Positions 36,733-48,988 of a DNA stretch of 64,000 nucleotides are shown here, in pieces. This stretch comes from Candidatus Eiseniibacteriota bacterium. Its GTDB lineage: Bacteria; Eisenbacteria; RBG-16-71-46; CAIMUX01; VGJL01. The DNA lies in the NCBI GenBank assembly GCA_041946735.1, contig JBHGAY010000002.1, forward strand, positions 102,368 through 166,367, written 5' to 3'. The notes under the pieces were generated by a model. It was not told the origin of the DNA. It ran no database searches and was given only the letters and a program-made list of their open reading frames with translations. Made by a program: the position numbers and the translations under genes. Position 1 is the first letter of the stretch, and each line of letters begins with the position of its first letter.

Positions 36733-37293
36733 TCAACTTCCGAGATTCGGGTTCAAGCGGGCGTATCCCCAGGTGGGCAGATTCGGGTCGTCCCGCTTGT
36801 CCGCCCAGCGGGCGATCAGCCAGCTCAGCCCATCCTGCTTGAAATACAACGTGCAACGTCCTTGAAAGACGATGCTGTCGGCCGTCGCCGGCCGGTAGAC
36901 GAGGCGGTACCCCAGGTCCTGGTAGTAGACCAGATCACCGGCCACGCCGGAGTCCCGGACCGTCCAGGTTAGCTGGGCCGGCATGTCGTTGCGATACAGC
37001 TCGGTCATCGCCTGGATATCGCGGCTCATCGTCCATAGGGTGTCGTCGCCCGCCGCATCGAAGGTGTCGAAGCGAAAGACGTATCCATCGGCAAGCGACT
37101 GCTGGAATCCGCTGATCACTCTCTCTTCGGTCGCCGCCTTGAGGTTCTGGAGGGCGATCCGGGTATCGGTCGGCGTCTTCCAGCTTCCCGAATCCCCGGT
37201 GGGATTCTCCGCGTCCCGCAAGTCGAAGAGGCAGCCGCTGATGGCCACGCCGGCGGCCACGACGAGCGCGCCGAAGGCGAACCCGCGGGCCAT
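36733..37293 (-). CDS. lipoprotein, paralog B (unknown function)
   Basis: MARGFAFGALVVAAGVAISGC carries a lipobox. ~25% identical to paralog A over its full length. Confidence 0.6.
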   Translation of the reverse strand: MARGFAFGALVVAAGVAISGCLFDLRDAENPTGDSGSWKTPTDTRIALQNLKAATEERVISGFQQSLADGYVFRFDTFDAAGDDTLWTMSRDIQAMTELYRNDMPAQLTWTVRDSGVAGDLVYYQDLGYRLVYRPATADSIVFQGRCTLYFKQDGLSWLIARWADKRDDPNLPTWGYARLNPNLGS

Positions 37294-37356
37294 CCGGCGC
37301 CGCCGCAACGGCCACCCGCCCCGAACCACAGCGCCGCCCGTGCTCGTCCGCATGGC

Positions 37357-39363
37357 CTAGAAGTCCCTCCGGATCTGCGCGGTGATCGTCCAGTAGTCGC
37401 GTTCCGTCATCGATTCGGTCTTCGCGAAGGAGCCGGTCAGATGGAACGTGTCGGAGAAATCGTGAGTCATGTCCGCGCGCACGGAGAACTCGCCGCGATC
37501 GGTGGCCGTCAGCCGGTTGCTCGCCAGGGCGCGCGTCTCACGACGCTCGAACTTCTGGCGCGCCTCGAGGCGTAGGCCCTGCCCGAGCGGGTAGGAGCTG
37601 GCGAGCGTCATCGCGTGCCTCGTCTCCCTCGTGGCCGGCTGATAGTACCGTGCGCCGTTCGGGTCGGAACGCACGTACTTTCCCGAATCGCGGAACTGGT
37701 ACTCGTGCACGAATTGCATGGCGAGCCGCTCGCCGAGCCCGCTCACGAAGGTGGTCACGACGCCGTTGGTCCGCACGAGCGTGTTGTTCGACTCCTCGAA
37801 GACGTACTCCGTGTAGTCCGCTTGAATCGTGTAGCGCTGGCTGAGGTTCAGCTTTCCCCGCGTGTATCCCAGCTCGCCGGAGATACGGTAGGTCTCGGTC
37901 GTGTTGTTCTGCCCGGCGCGCGCGCCGGGAACGTTCACGAGCTGGCGCTGGCCGTAGTTGACGTTGAAGATGCCGTTCCACATCGACGACGGGCGATAGT
38001 TGAGCGAGGCGTCGGTCACGGTGCGCTTCTCGTCGCGGTCGTTGGCGCGATCGTCGTAGTAATACTGCAGCAGCGTGATCTCCTCGCTCCCCTGCAGCTG
38101 GATCTTGGTGCCGAGGTTCCTCCGGACGACCCCGCGGAACTTGCGGTTCACCTGCCGGAAGCCGACCGTCTCCTGAAGCCGGTTCTTCGCTTCGTCGGAG
38201 GAGAGGGTGGCCTGGAGATCGGTGCCGGCCAGCAGCTTCACGAACTCCGGGATCTTCCACTTGGCGTCGAGCTGCCCTCTCGTCGTCAGCTTGCGGAAGT
38301 CCTTCTCCTGCATCTGATAGTCGCCGGACACCTCCCCGCGCTCGACCTCCCCCTTGAACTCGGAGCCGGTGTTCGGCTTCCAGCTGAGGCTCATCCGCGC
38401 GTTCTTGTCCCGCCCGTCCTTTCCTTCCATCGCTCCCTGGCTGTTGAACGCCTGGGTGTCCCAGTACTGGGTGAAGTCGTGGACCCAGCGGCCGGTCAGA
38501 TTGCCGGTCACAGTGCTGCTCGGGGCCCAATCGACCGCGGACTCCCAGTGCTGTGAAACGTCGTCGGAGGGGGAGTTGAGCTCGAACCGCCGTTGTCCGC
38601 TGGTGACGTCGTACTGCCGCGTGCGCGAATCGCCCGCCCGGGTCTCGCGGCGCATCGTCGTGCTCGTCCGGAACTTGCTCACGTTGCCGCTGAGAACCAT
38701 CTCATAGCGGCGGTAGGAGCCGTCCACCTTGACCGAGTCGCGGAAGGCCGTGCGCCGGCTCATGTTTCTCTCTCCGTCATAGCCGAAGCTCGCCTTCGTC
38801 GTGAGACCGAAGCCGGCCATCGGAGCGAGGAATCGGTGCAGCATCTGCTCGGGAAGCTTGGAGGCCACGGCGAGGCCGAGGCTCGTGCGATTGTTGACCT
38901 GGTCCTGATACTTGGAGAGCTGCGATTGACGGCCGAACTGTCCGTCGACCCCGACGGTCAGCCCGCCCAACCCCTTCATCGCGTAGTCGAGCTTGAGATT
39001 CATCGTCCCGCGGCGGCCGCGGAGGTCGTTCTGCGACGTGTCGCGACGATTGTTCAGGCTCCAGTCGTTCGTTAGCGAGAGGCCGGCAACGCGCCGGTAG
39101 ATGCCGAGCGACTGGTCCCAGGACCGCGAGGATCGGTTGACGGTGTAGGTGCTCGAGTAGCTCGGGTGGAAGTCGATCCGGTCGAGGAAACGGTCGCTCG
39201 GAGCGGCGGGCCGGGCGGGCGGGGGAGCCGGTTCGGCGGGAGGCTGGGTCTGGCCGAACACCGGGTCGCCGGCCGCCATCAGGGCGAGAAGCCCCGTGCC
39301 GGCGAGGAGGTAGCGGAGTGCGGAGTGGATGGGTGAAGCCTCCCTCGAGATCCCGTCTGCCAA
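37357..39363 (-). CDS. outer-membrane β-barrel protein of unknown family (~668 aa)
   Basis: A signal-like N-terminus (...SALRYLLAGTGLLALMAAGDPVFGQ). The TTG at 39363 is a tentative start. Amphipathic β-strands alternate with Y/R/N/S/T-rich loops. The C-terminus ...ITAQIRRDF ends in an aromatic residue. Confidence 0.6.
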   Translation of the reverse strand: MADGISREASPIHSALRYLLAGTGLLALMAAGDPVFGQTQPPAEPAPPPARPAAPSDRFLDRIDFHPSYSSTYTVNRSSRSWDQSLGIYRRVAGLSLTNDWSLNNRRDTSQNDLRGRRGTMNLKLDYAMKGLGGLTVGVDGQFGRQSQLSKYQDQVNNRTSLGLAVASKLPEQMLHRFLAPMAGFGLTTKASFGYDGERNMSRRTAFRDSVKVDGSYRRYEMVLSGNVSKFRTSTTMRRETRAGDSRTRQYDVTSGQRRFELNSPSDDVSQHWESAVDWAPSSTVTGNLTGRWVHDFTQYWDTQAFNSQGAMEGKDGRDKNARMSLSWKPNTGSEFKGEVERGEVSGDYQMQEKDFRKLTTRGQLDAKWKIPEFVKLLAGTDLQATLSSDEAKNRLQETVGFRQVNRKFRGVVRRNLGTKIQLQGSEEITLLQYYYDDRANDRDEKRTVTDASLNYRPSSMWNGIFNVNYGQRQLVNVPGARAGQNNTTETYRISGELGYTRGKLNLSQRYTIQADYTEYVFEESNNTLVRTNGVVTTFVSGLGERLAMQFVHEYQFRDSGKYVRSDPNGARYYQPATRETRHAMTLASSYPLGQGLRLEARQKFERRETRALASNRLTATDRGEFSVRADMTHDFSDTFHLTGSFAKTESMTERDYWTITAQIRRDF

Positions 39364-39525
39364 GCCCGCCGTTGCCGGATCGGTCCGATGCCTGCATCCG
39401 TTTCTGGCTTCGGCCGGCAAGGCGCGGTGGTTCACGTTACGGAGCTTTCCTCTCCCGATCAAGCCACGCTCCTCAAGGAGTTCCGGTCCCCAGCCGATGA
39501 ACCCTGGGGAGTTCCCGGGGGAGCT

Positions 39526-41016
39526 ATGACACCAGAGCGAGTCCGTCTGTTCCGTCTCCGTCCCGAAAATCGACGCATTCTCGAGAACGCTCTCGACCGG
39601 CTGGGATGGCCGGGCACGTACGAGGAGCCCGGAGCGGCGGAGCATGAGGACGACGGGGCGCTCTCCTCCCGGCAGGCCGGCGACGCGGGTCGGAGCGGAG
39701 GCGGCCGCCTGGCCGATCCCCAGGGAGGCGGCATCGAGCTGTGGGTCCGGGAGCCGGGCGGGATCGCTCCTCCCGTGTCGGACTGCCCCACGCTCTGGAT
39801 CGTCGAGCGCCGCGTCGCCGGCTTCTGGCCGGCCGGCCCGGGCCCTCATGAGATGGTGCGGATGCCGGCGAGCCAGGAGGAGATCGTCCATCGCCTCCTC
39901 GCGCTTCTCCAGACGGTGAGGCGCGAGCGAACGATCGCTCGCTACGAGAGGGAGGCCGCCCTCAATCTCGATCGCAAGCTCGGCCTGGTCCGCGCGATCG
40001 CCCACGATCTCGTCTCCCCCCTGACCGCCGTCCTGGAGTACCTGGAGCTTCTTGCGGATGGAACGTGCGGCGAGACGACAGAGCAGCAGCACGGCCTGCT
40101 CCTCGAAGCGCGCAGCGCTGCCCGGCGCGTGATCGATCGGGTGGACGAGATGGCCGATGCGGCGCAGGCGGAAGCCGGCCGGCTGCTACGCGTGCGCCTG
40201 CGGCGGACCGACCTGCAGGAGATCCTCGACGGCCTGCAGGAATGGTCGGTCCCGCGGCTGCGCGGGAAGCGACAGCAAGTGACGATCCAGATCGAGCGCC
40301 AATGCCTGGTGGTCTGCAGCGACGCGGAGAGGGTGGAGCAGGCATTCCGGCATCTGGTCGAGAACGCCCACCGGTTCTCCCCGCCGGGGACGCGGATCTC
40401 CATCGCCGCTGGCGCGGACCCCGAGGCGATCGGGTACGCGCGGGTCACGGTCGCGGACGAAGGGCCCGGAATTCCGCCGGACCGGCGCGATCGCCTCTTC
40501 GATCCCTTCCCGCGTCGCGAGGGCACGGAGGCGTACGAGAGCGCGCGCGTCGGCGTCGGGCTCGCGATCTCCAGGGCGATCGCGGTCGCCTCCGGAGGGG
40601 AGCTGTGGATCGAGAACCCGCCGCTGGGGGGAACGCGCGTCGCGATGCGCCTTCCGCTGTGGGGCTCGCGCGCCGCGCGAATCGCGCAAGCGCAAGCGCG
40701 CCTCGCCGGCGCGCTGGATCTTCCCGCGAGCGCCTTGGTCGGCGTCGCTCGCCGTGCGCCCGTCGCGCAGGGACCCGCCTTCGAGGGCTTCCCGTTCCGC
40801 TTGAGCCCCGGCGAGCTTCTCGTCGTCGCTCCCCGCTTCGGCTCGGGCGTCCTCGTGCTCGGGACGGTGCGGGACTTCCGGAAAGCGGGCTCGCTCGAGC
40901 GGGTCCTGTCGCCTCGCATCACGATCCACCCGATGGAAGCGCCGGAAGCGGAAGCGCCGGAAACGCCCGAAACCCCCGAAACCCCCGAAACGCCCGAGGC
41001 GCCGATCACGACGTAA
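39526..41016 (+). CDS. cytoplasmic sensor histidine kinase with an N-terminal receiver-like domain
   Basis: The H-box is AIAHDLVSPLTAV; the N/G boxes are VENAHRFSP, VADEGPGI and GVGLAISRAIA. There is no TM segment. The C-terminus carries (ETP) repeats. The alternative start at 39388 has weaker codon bias. Confidence 0.8.
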   Translation: MTPERVRLFRLRPENRRILENALDRLGWPGTYEEPGAAEHEDDGALSSRQAGDAGRSGGGRLADPQGGGIELWVREPGGIAPPVSDCPTLWIVERRVAGFWPAGPGPHEMVRMPASQEEIVHRLLALLQTVRRERTIARYEREAALNLDRKLGLVRAIAHDLVSPLTAVLEYLELLADGTCGETTEQQHGLLLEARSAARRVIDRVDEMADAAQAEAGRLLRVRLRRTDLQEILDGLQEWSVPRLRGKRQQVTIQIERQCLVVCSDAERVEQAFRHLVENAHRFSPPGTRISIAAGADPEAIGYARVTVADEGPGIPPDRRDRLFDPFPRREGTEAYESARVGVGLAISRAIAVASGGELWIENPPLGGTRVAMRLPLWGSRAARIAQAQARLAGALDLPASALVGVARRAPVAQGPAFEGFPFRLSPGELLVVAPRFGSGVLVLGTVRDFRKAGSLERVLSPRITIHPMEAPEAEAPETPETPETPETPEAPITT

Positions 41017-41091
41017 TCGCGATCGACGCCTCCGGATCACCGCGCGTTTCGCGCCTCTCGGCGCGCGGCGCAGGGGGCCGGCGCGAGGCGG

Positions 41092-43611
41092 CTATGGCAG
41101 CCGGACGATCCTCTCCGTCCTCGTGACGGCGCCCGCTGTCACCCGGCAGAAGTAGATCCCCGACGGGGCGCGGCGCCCTGCGTCATCCCGGCCGTCCCAG
41201 AGGACCTCATGCATTCCGGCGCCTTGCTCAGAACCCTCTCCTAGCGAGCGGACTCTCCTTCCCGAGAGATCGAGCAGATCGACCTGCACCGGCATCGGGC
41301 GGGCGATCTCGTAGTGGATCGACGTCGTCGCATGGAACGGGTTGGGGCCCGCGGGGAAGAGCTTCAGATCGTCGAACGGGCGGATCGCCGGCTCCCCGAC
41401 CGCGGTCTGGCCGGGAACGAAGAGCGTCACGTCGTCGATGTACCATCCCTCCCCCGTCGGCTCCTGCCCGCGCGTGCCGAACCGGAAACGGAAGGAGAGG
41501 ATCTGCCCCGCGTACGCCTCGAGAGGGACGACGACCGGCGTCCAGTCGAAGGATCCCGACCAGAGAGGGGTGCCGGTCACGAACGGGACGACCGTGAAGC
41601 GCCGCCAGACGTGGTCGTAGCCGCCTTCGATCGGTTGCAGCGTGAACCAGCTGGCGCCCGAGTCGGTCGAAGCCTCGAGGATGCCGCCGTCCCCGGCCGT
41701 CGAATCGTCGACCGCGTAGGCGTCCATCCAGTGCCAGAAGATCAGTCGAGACCCGTCGGGGACGCGGACGAGCGGCGATTGCAGGTAGGCGTGGATCCGG
41801 GTTCCGTACGGGCCGTCACCGGCGTCCCCGCACTTGTACGAGGTCTGCCCGCCGTCCGTATGGTTGCGCTGCTGGCTCAGGTGCCAAGCGTCGGTGTATC
41901 CGACGGTCAGGGAATCGTGCCTCCACTCGGCCGCGCTCGGGCCCTCGAACCCCTCCTCGATCGAGGCGACGAGGTCCGATGCGAGGACGACGGAGCGGTT
42001 GGCGTTCACGCGTCCCCATCCGAAGTACATGTCCCAGCCGGGGGAATCCTCGTTGGGCGGGCCGACCTGATCCTCGGCCCCCTCCTCGAGCATCGCGCGC
42101 ACCTGATGGGCGTCGAGCGAGGGCGCGGCGCTCCAGATCAAGGCGCAGATGCCGGCCGTGAGCGGTGTGGCCGACGAGGTGCCGTTGAACGTCGTCGTGT
42201 AGTTCGTGCCGCTGTAGCCGGCGACGCCGGTCCGGTCGGTCGTGGTGATCTTGACTCCCGGCGAGATCACGTCCAACTCGGCGCCGTAGTTGCTGCCCCA
42301 GAAGTTCTCGCCGTCGCAGGAGGTGTAGCTCTTGCGCTGGTCGCACGGGCTGCTCGCGCCGCACGCGATCGTCTCCGGATAGCGAGCGGGATAGTTGACG
42401 TCGTTCGCGTTGGAGTTGCCCGAAGCGAAGACCATGATGCAGTCGAGCGCGTCGGCGTTGATGACCGCGTCGTGCACCGCGGTGAAGTCCCCCGACGACA
42501 TCCGCCACGAGCAGGACATGACGAGCCCCGTGAACTCCGCGCGCCGGCTGGCCGCATAGTTGATCGCGTCCGCGCGATTCTGGTTCATTCCGGAGCCGAG
42601 ATCGACGCGCAGCGGCATGATCCGGCAATGCGGCGCGATGCCGCTGACGCCGAGGGAGTTGTCCTGGACGGCGGCGGCGATTCCCGAGCAGCACGTGCCG
42701 TGCGCGTCCTCGTCGTCGGGGCTGCCGTCGGGACCGTTCGCGAAGTCCCAGTCCTCGCCGTTGCGGGGGAGGAAGTTGTCGCGAAGGTCCTCATGGTTCA
42801 AGTCGGCGCCCGTGTCGATCACGGCGATGATGACGTTCGGGTCTCCCTTCGTGATGTCCCAGGCGAGCGGCGCCTCGACGTCCGCCCCTGGCGTTCCGCC
42901 TCCTTGTCCCGTGTTGTTCTCGGACCACTGCTGCGGGAAGAGCGGATCGTTCGGGATGCTCAGCGCATCGTCCCAGAGCAGATAGGACGGTTCGGCGAAC
43001 AGCACCTCCGGGTCGGCGTAGAGCCCGCGAACCGCCGCGAAGACGGACAGTCCCGGAGGAAGGACGATCGTGTAATAGCCGGGCGTCCAGTGATCCTCCA
43101 GGACCGAGGCGCCGAACGCATGGATCTTCTCGATGCACCGCTCCGGGGAGACGCCCGAGCGGTAGCGGACGGTCGCCTCTCCCTCGAGGTAGTACTTCGT
43201 GAACCCCTCGGCGTCGATCACGGCCGGGATCGCCGACGCGACGCCCACCTCGGCGCGGAGACGCGGCGCCAGGTCCGCCGGGGTCGTGGCGCGCGACACG
43301 CGATAGACGGCCGCGCGGGTCTCCGGATCGAGAGGATGGACGGGGACGAGGCCGTAGCGGTTCTCGACGATCTCGCGATCGAGACTGCTCGCCGCGCGGT
43401 CGTACCGGACGAGGATCTCCTCGGTCGATTGCCGCAGATCCCATGGCTTGCCGAAGCGTGTGTCGAACCAGCTCCCGTCGAAGGAGGCGGCGGGCGAGGC
43501 GGCCGCCACGCCGGTGAGCAGAGCAGCGACGAGCAAGGCGCGGCGTAGCGGGACGAGCGAAGACACGGAATTGGTGCGGCGGGAAGGCAGCAGGGCCCCT
43601 CGGTCGGACAT
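41092..43611 (-). CDS. subtilisin-family (S8) serine protease with a T9SS-type C-terminal sorting domain
   Basis: The catalytic triad lies in VIAVIDTGAD, HGTCCSGIAAA and GTSSATPLTAG. The C-terminus is ...VQVDLLDLSGRRVRSLGE...VLWDGRDDAGRRAPSGIYFCRVTAG...IVRLP. Confidence 0.85.
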   Translation of the reverse strand: MSDRGALLPSRRTNSVSSLVPLRRALLVAALLTGVAAASPAASFDGSWFDTRFGKPWDLRQSTEEILVRYDRAASSLDREIVENRYGLVPVHPLDPETRAAVYRVSRATTPADLAPRLRAEVGVASAIPAVIDAEGFTKYYLEGEATVRYRSGVSPERCIEKIHAFGASVLEDHWTPGYYTIVLPPGLSVFAAVRGLYADPEVLFAEPSYLLWDDALSIPNDPLFPQQWSENNTGQGGGTPGADVEAPLAWDITKGDPNVIIAVIDTGADLNHEDLRDNFLPRNGEDWDFANGPDGSPDDEDAHGTCCSGIAAAVQDNSLGVSGIAPHCRIMPLRVDLGSGMNQNRADAINYAASRRAEFTGLVMSCSWRMSSGDFTAVHDAVINADALDCIMVFASGNSNANDVNYPARYPETIACGASSPCDQRKSYTSCDGENFWGSNYGAELDVISPGVKITTTDRTGVAGYSGTNYTTTFNGTSSATPLTAGICALIWSAAPSLDAHQVRAMLEEGAEDQVGPPNEDSPGWDMYFGWGRVNANRSVVLASDLVASIEEGFEGPSAAEWRHDSLTVGYTDAWHLSQQRNHTDGGQTSYKCGDAGDGPYGTRIHAYLQSPLVRVPDGSRLIFWHWMDAYAVDDSTAGDGGILEASTDSGASWFTLQPIEGGYDHVWRRFTVVPFVTGTPLWSGSFDWTPVVVPLEAYAGQILSFRFRFGTRGQEPTGEGWYIDDVTLFVPGQTAVGEPAIRPFDDLKLFPAGPNPFHATTSIHYEIARPMPVQVDLLDLSGRRVRSLGEGSEQGAGMHEVLWDGRDDAGRRAPSGIYFCRVTAGAVTRTERIVRLP

Positions 43612-43834
43612 CCATTCCCCCCTTTTGCCGGGTGCATCGGCGGTTTGCGCTCCCCCAGGCGAAGGAGAGCGCCGGTCAGTCCAGGACGGCCGTGGTTCCG
43701 TAGTCGTTCAATTGTAGTGGATCTCGGGACCTCCGGCAAGGAGGCGGGCCCTCGTGCGAGCCTTCGCGCGGGCCTCGTGCGGGCCTTCGCTCGTCCCACC
43801 GCCGATTCCCGGAGGCGCCGTCTCGCTGCTGCGA

Positions 43835-45406
43835 TCAGCCGAAGAGGTCGAGATCGCCCACCGATCGAGGAATCTTGCGCAGGAAGCGCCGGATCTCGGC
43901 CGGTCCCATCGAGACGAGGGCCGCTCCAGCCAGGCAGAGCAGCCCGCCGATCGCGAGCGCGGCGAGGATCGACACCATCGATCCTCCGTAGACCGGGCGC
44001 GTGAACCAGAGAAGGACGAGGGCCGGCGCGCCGCCGAGAAGCGCCTTCGGGATGGGCAGGAGCAGGTCGGCAAGCCCCGGGATCGTCGCCTCCCGCCTGC
44101 CGGCCAGCGGAATCAACAGCAGGTTCTTCAGGAGCAGCGCGATCGTGTTGCCGAGGGCGAAACCGAGAATGCCGAGCCCGGCGACGAACGCGAGGAGAAG
44201 GCTGATCGCGACGTTCGCCACGGCGACCACGAGATCCCCGATCGCGATCCACCCGATCCGGCCGCGCCCGACCAGAGCCGCCCAGACGGGGGCGAGCGAG
44301 ATCGTCAAGGCGGACGGAGCGAGCATCGCGACGAGGTAGACCGCCGAGCCGCGGTACTCCTCTCCGACCCAGTGCACGAGAAAGAGGTCCCCGAGGATCG
44401 ACGGCACGAGGCAGCAGGGCACCGCGATCGCCGCCGCCATCCTCACCGCGCGGCGCACGGCGCCCCGGCTGCGCTCCTCCTCCTCGTGCGCCTCGAGCTG
44501 CGTGAAGAGCGGGGCGAGCGCGACGATCGGCGCCCAAAGGAATCCGCGGATCATCGGCTCCCAGCGCGCGCCGAGGGAGTACGCGGTCACCGACGACGGT
44601 CCGAAGAAGCGCCCGATCAGGATGTTGTCGGTCGTCGTGTAGAGGATCGCCGAGATCTGCGAGAGCAGCGCCACCCCTCCGTAGGCGAGCAGGTCGCGAC
44701 GAACCTGCGGCGTGCCGGTCTGCGGCCGCGGAAAGGGAGGGCCGGCGACGCCGGCGCGGGCGGCGAGCAGCCCGAGGGCGAGGAGCACCGGCACCTCAGC
44801 GACGGCGAGTGAAGCGCCATAGACCGAGAGCGACGGCGAGAGCAGGGAGAAAGCGATCACGAGGACCGCGAGGCGGATCCAGGGATTGAGCGCATTCAGG
44901 ATCTGCATCCCGCCGAGCCTGCCGGTGGCGTAGAGCGGCACCTCGAGCGTCGCCGACGTGTTCGCGACCGTCTGCGCGAGGATGACGAGCCAGACCCCGA
45001 ACGCCGCCCCGCGGGAGACCGCTTCGGACAGCCCCAGGAAGCGGCAGTACGGATAGGCGAGGAACGCCGCCCCGATCAGGATGGCGAGGTGGGCGGCGTT
45101 GCCGAGCCAGAAGCCGACCGCGTAGTGCGCGCGCGCTTCCTCGCGGCGCCCCGAGTGGACGTGCAGCGTCACGTGGCGGCGCATCGCGGCGCCGATCCCC
45201 CCGCGCATCAGGAGCAGGTACTCGAACGCGGAGCTGGTCGCCACGACCACCCCGTACAGGTCGCTGCCCAGCTTGCGGATCAGGAAGGGGGTGAGCAGGA
45301 TCCCGACGAGGAGCGCCGAGGCGCGTGCGAAGATCGCGGTCGCCGCGTTGCGCGAGGCGAGGGAGACGAGCCCGGCGGGGTTCGCCTTGCCCGCCGCCGC
45401 GCTCAC
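43835..45406 (-). CDS. polysaccharide flippase (Wzx/PST family)
   Basis: Twelve-plus TM helices. The N-terminus is ...FARASALLVGILLTPFLIRKLG. The GTG start at 45406 overlaps the rmlA-like stop (GTGA). It is the 3' part of the junk 1696-aa ORF. Confidence 0.8.
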   Translation of the reverse strand: MSAAAGKANPAGLVSLASRNAATAIFARASALLVGILLTPFLIRKLGSDLYGVVVATSSAFEYLLLMRGGIGAAMRRHVTLHVHSGRREEARAHYAVGFWLGNAAHLAILIGAAFLAYPYCRFLGLSEAVSRGAAFGVWLVILAQTVANTSATLEVPLYATGRLGGMQILNALNPWIRLAVLVIAFSLLSPSLSVYGASLAVAEVPVLLALGLLAARAGVAGPPFPRPQTGTPQVRRDLLAYGGVALLSQISAILYTTTDNILIGRFFGPSSVTAYSLGARWEPMIRGFLWAPIVALAPLFTQLEAHEEEERSRGAVRRAVRMAAAIAVPCCLVPSILGDLFLVHWVGEEYRGSAVYLVAMLAPSALTISLAPVWAALVGRGRIGWIAIGDLVVAVANVAISLLLAFVAGLGILGFALGNTIALLLKNLLLIPLAGRREATIPGLADLLLPIPKALLGGAPALVLLWFTRPVYGGSMVSILAALAIGGLLCLAGAALVSMGPAEIRRFLRKIPRSVGDLDLFG

Positions 45407-46140
45407 GCCTCCGCCCTGGCTCCGAGCTTGCGCTCCGCGATGAGCCGGTTCGCGCGGTAGAGGCTCTCGAACGTCCCGGCGTCGGTCCAGAAGCCGCGCA
45501 GGAAGTCGAACGACATCATCCCGCGCTCGATGTAGGCGTTGTTGACGTCGGTGATTTCCAGCTCGCCGCGGGCGGACGGCTCCAGCGTCCCGATGATCTC
45601 CCAGACCCAGTCGTCGTAGAAGTAGACGCCGGTGACCGCATAGCTCGAGCGCGGGCTCGCCGGCTTCTCGACGATCCGCACGACACGGTCTCCCTCCAAC
45701 TCGGCGACGCCGAACCGCTCGGGGTCGGGAACTTCCTTGAGAAGAATCTTCGCGCCGGCCTTCTGCTTGCGGAACGATTCGACGTGCGGGGCGATGTCGT
45801 CCTCGAGGATGTTGTCGCCGAGGATGACGACGATCCGGTCCCCGCGACCGTAGTAGCGGGCGAGACCGAGCGCGTCGGCGATGCCGCCGTTGCCTTCCTG
45901 GTAGACGTAGTCGATGTGGGTCAGGCCGAGGTGCTTGCCGTTGCCGAGGAGGCGGACGAAGTCGCCCGCGTTGTTGTCGCCGGTGACGAGGATCAGGTCC
46001 TTCACGCCCGCCCGGACCAGAGTCTCGATCGGGTAGTAGATCATCGGCTTGTCGTAGATCGGCAGCAGATGCTTGTTCGTCACCTTGGTGAGCGGCGCGA
46101 GCCTGGTGCCCAGTCCCCCAGCCAGAACGACCCCTCGCAT
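45403..46140 (-). CDS. rmlA: glucose-1-phosphate thymidylyltransferase-like sugar nucleotidyltransferase (short form)
   Basis: The protein reads MRGVVLAGGLGTRLAPLTKVTNKHLLPIYDKPMIYYPIETL... (a G-x-G-T-R-L motif). GGAGGAG RBS; ATG at 46140. Confidence 0.8.
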   Translation of the reverse strand: MRGVVLAGGLGTRLAPLTKVTNKHLLPIYDKPMIYYPIETLVRAGVKDLILVTGDNNAGDFVRLLGNGKHLGLTHIDYVYQEGNGGIADALGLARYYGRGDRIVVILGDNILEDDIAPHVESFRKQKAGAKILLKEVPDPERFGVAELEGDRVVRIVEKPASPRSSYAVTGVYFYDDWVWEIIGTLEPSARGELEITDVNNAYIERGMMSFDFLRGFWTDAGTFESLYRANRLIAERKLGARAEA

Positions 46141-46180
46141 CGGTTCTCCTCCTCGCGCGCGAACGCTTGGCGCCGGTACC

Positions 46181-46220
46181 CCCACGGCCGATCACGGATT
46201 CCCACGGCCGGTCACAGATT
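46181..46220. promoter_or_regulatory. 20-bp tandem direct repeat (candidate operator) in the divergent rmlA/clpC promoter region
   Basis: The two copies are cccacggccgatcacggatt | cccacggccggtcacagatt, 18 of 20 identical, 41-80 nt upstream of the rmlA ATG. Confidence 0.4.
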
Positions 46221-46456
46221 CCGGGGGACATTACCACCGCCGGGGCGGAGGAAGCAGCACCGCGCAGCGGAAAGCGGCACGGGGCAGCGGAGATCGGGGG
46301 GCGGACGCCTTCGGGGTCGAGAGTCGGGTCGCCGGAGACGGGCTTGCGAGGCGCGGATGCCCCGGCGCGCGCGTGAGGCCGGATCGTCCACGCGACGCCC
46401 GGGAGCGGATCGAGCGGGATGCTATGGTAGCGGAAACGGAAGGAAGGGGGTCCCGG

Positions 46457-48958
<2,502 letters not shown>

Positions 48959-48988
48959 CCCGTCCGGCGGCGATCCGCCGATTGCCGG

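Noticed and set aside
33147-36842. A 1231-aa plus-strand ORF
   Set aside because: It is antisense to secF, secD and the lipoprotein gene.
39388-39525. Longer start for the histidine kinase (ATG at 39388)
   Set aside because: The extra 46 codons have weaker third-position GC bias than the downstream gene and would leave only 24 nt of divergent promoter. The ATG at 39526 is preferred, though not proven.
46181-46220. CtsR operator upstream of clpC
   Set aside because: The repeat is direct, like CtsR sites, but does not match the RGTCAAA heptad consensus. I kept it only as a generic candidate operator.
46240-46275. SRP RNA domain IV-like GGAAGCAGC motif
   Set aside because: The flanking sequence cannot form the conserved helix 8 or its GNRA tetraloop context, and the location (inside the rmlA/clpC promoter region) is atypical.
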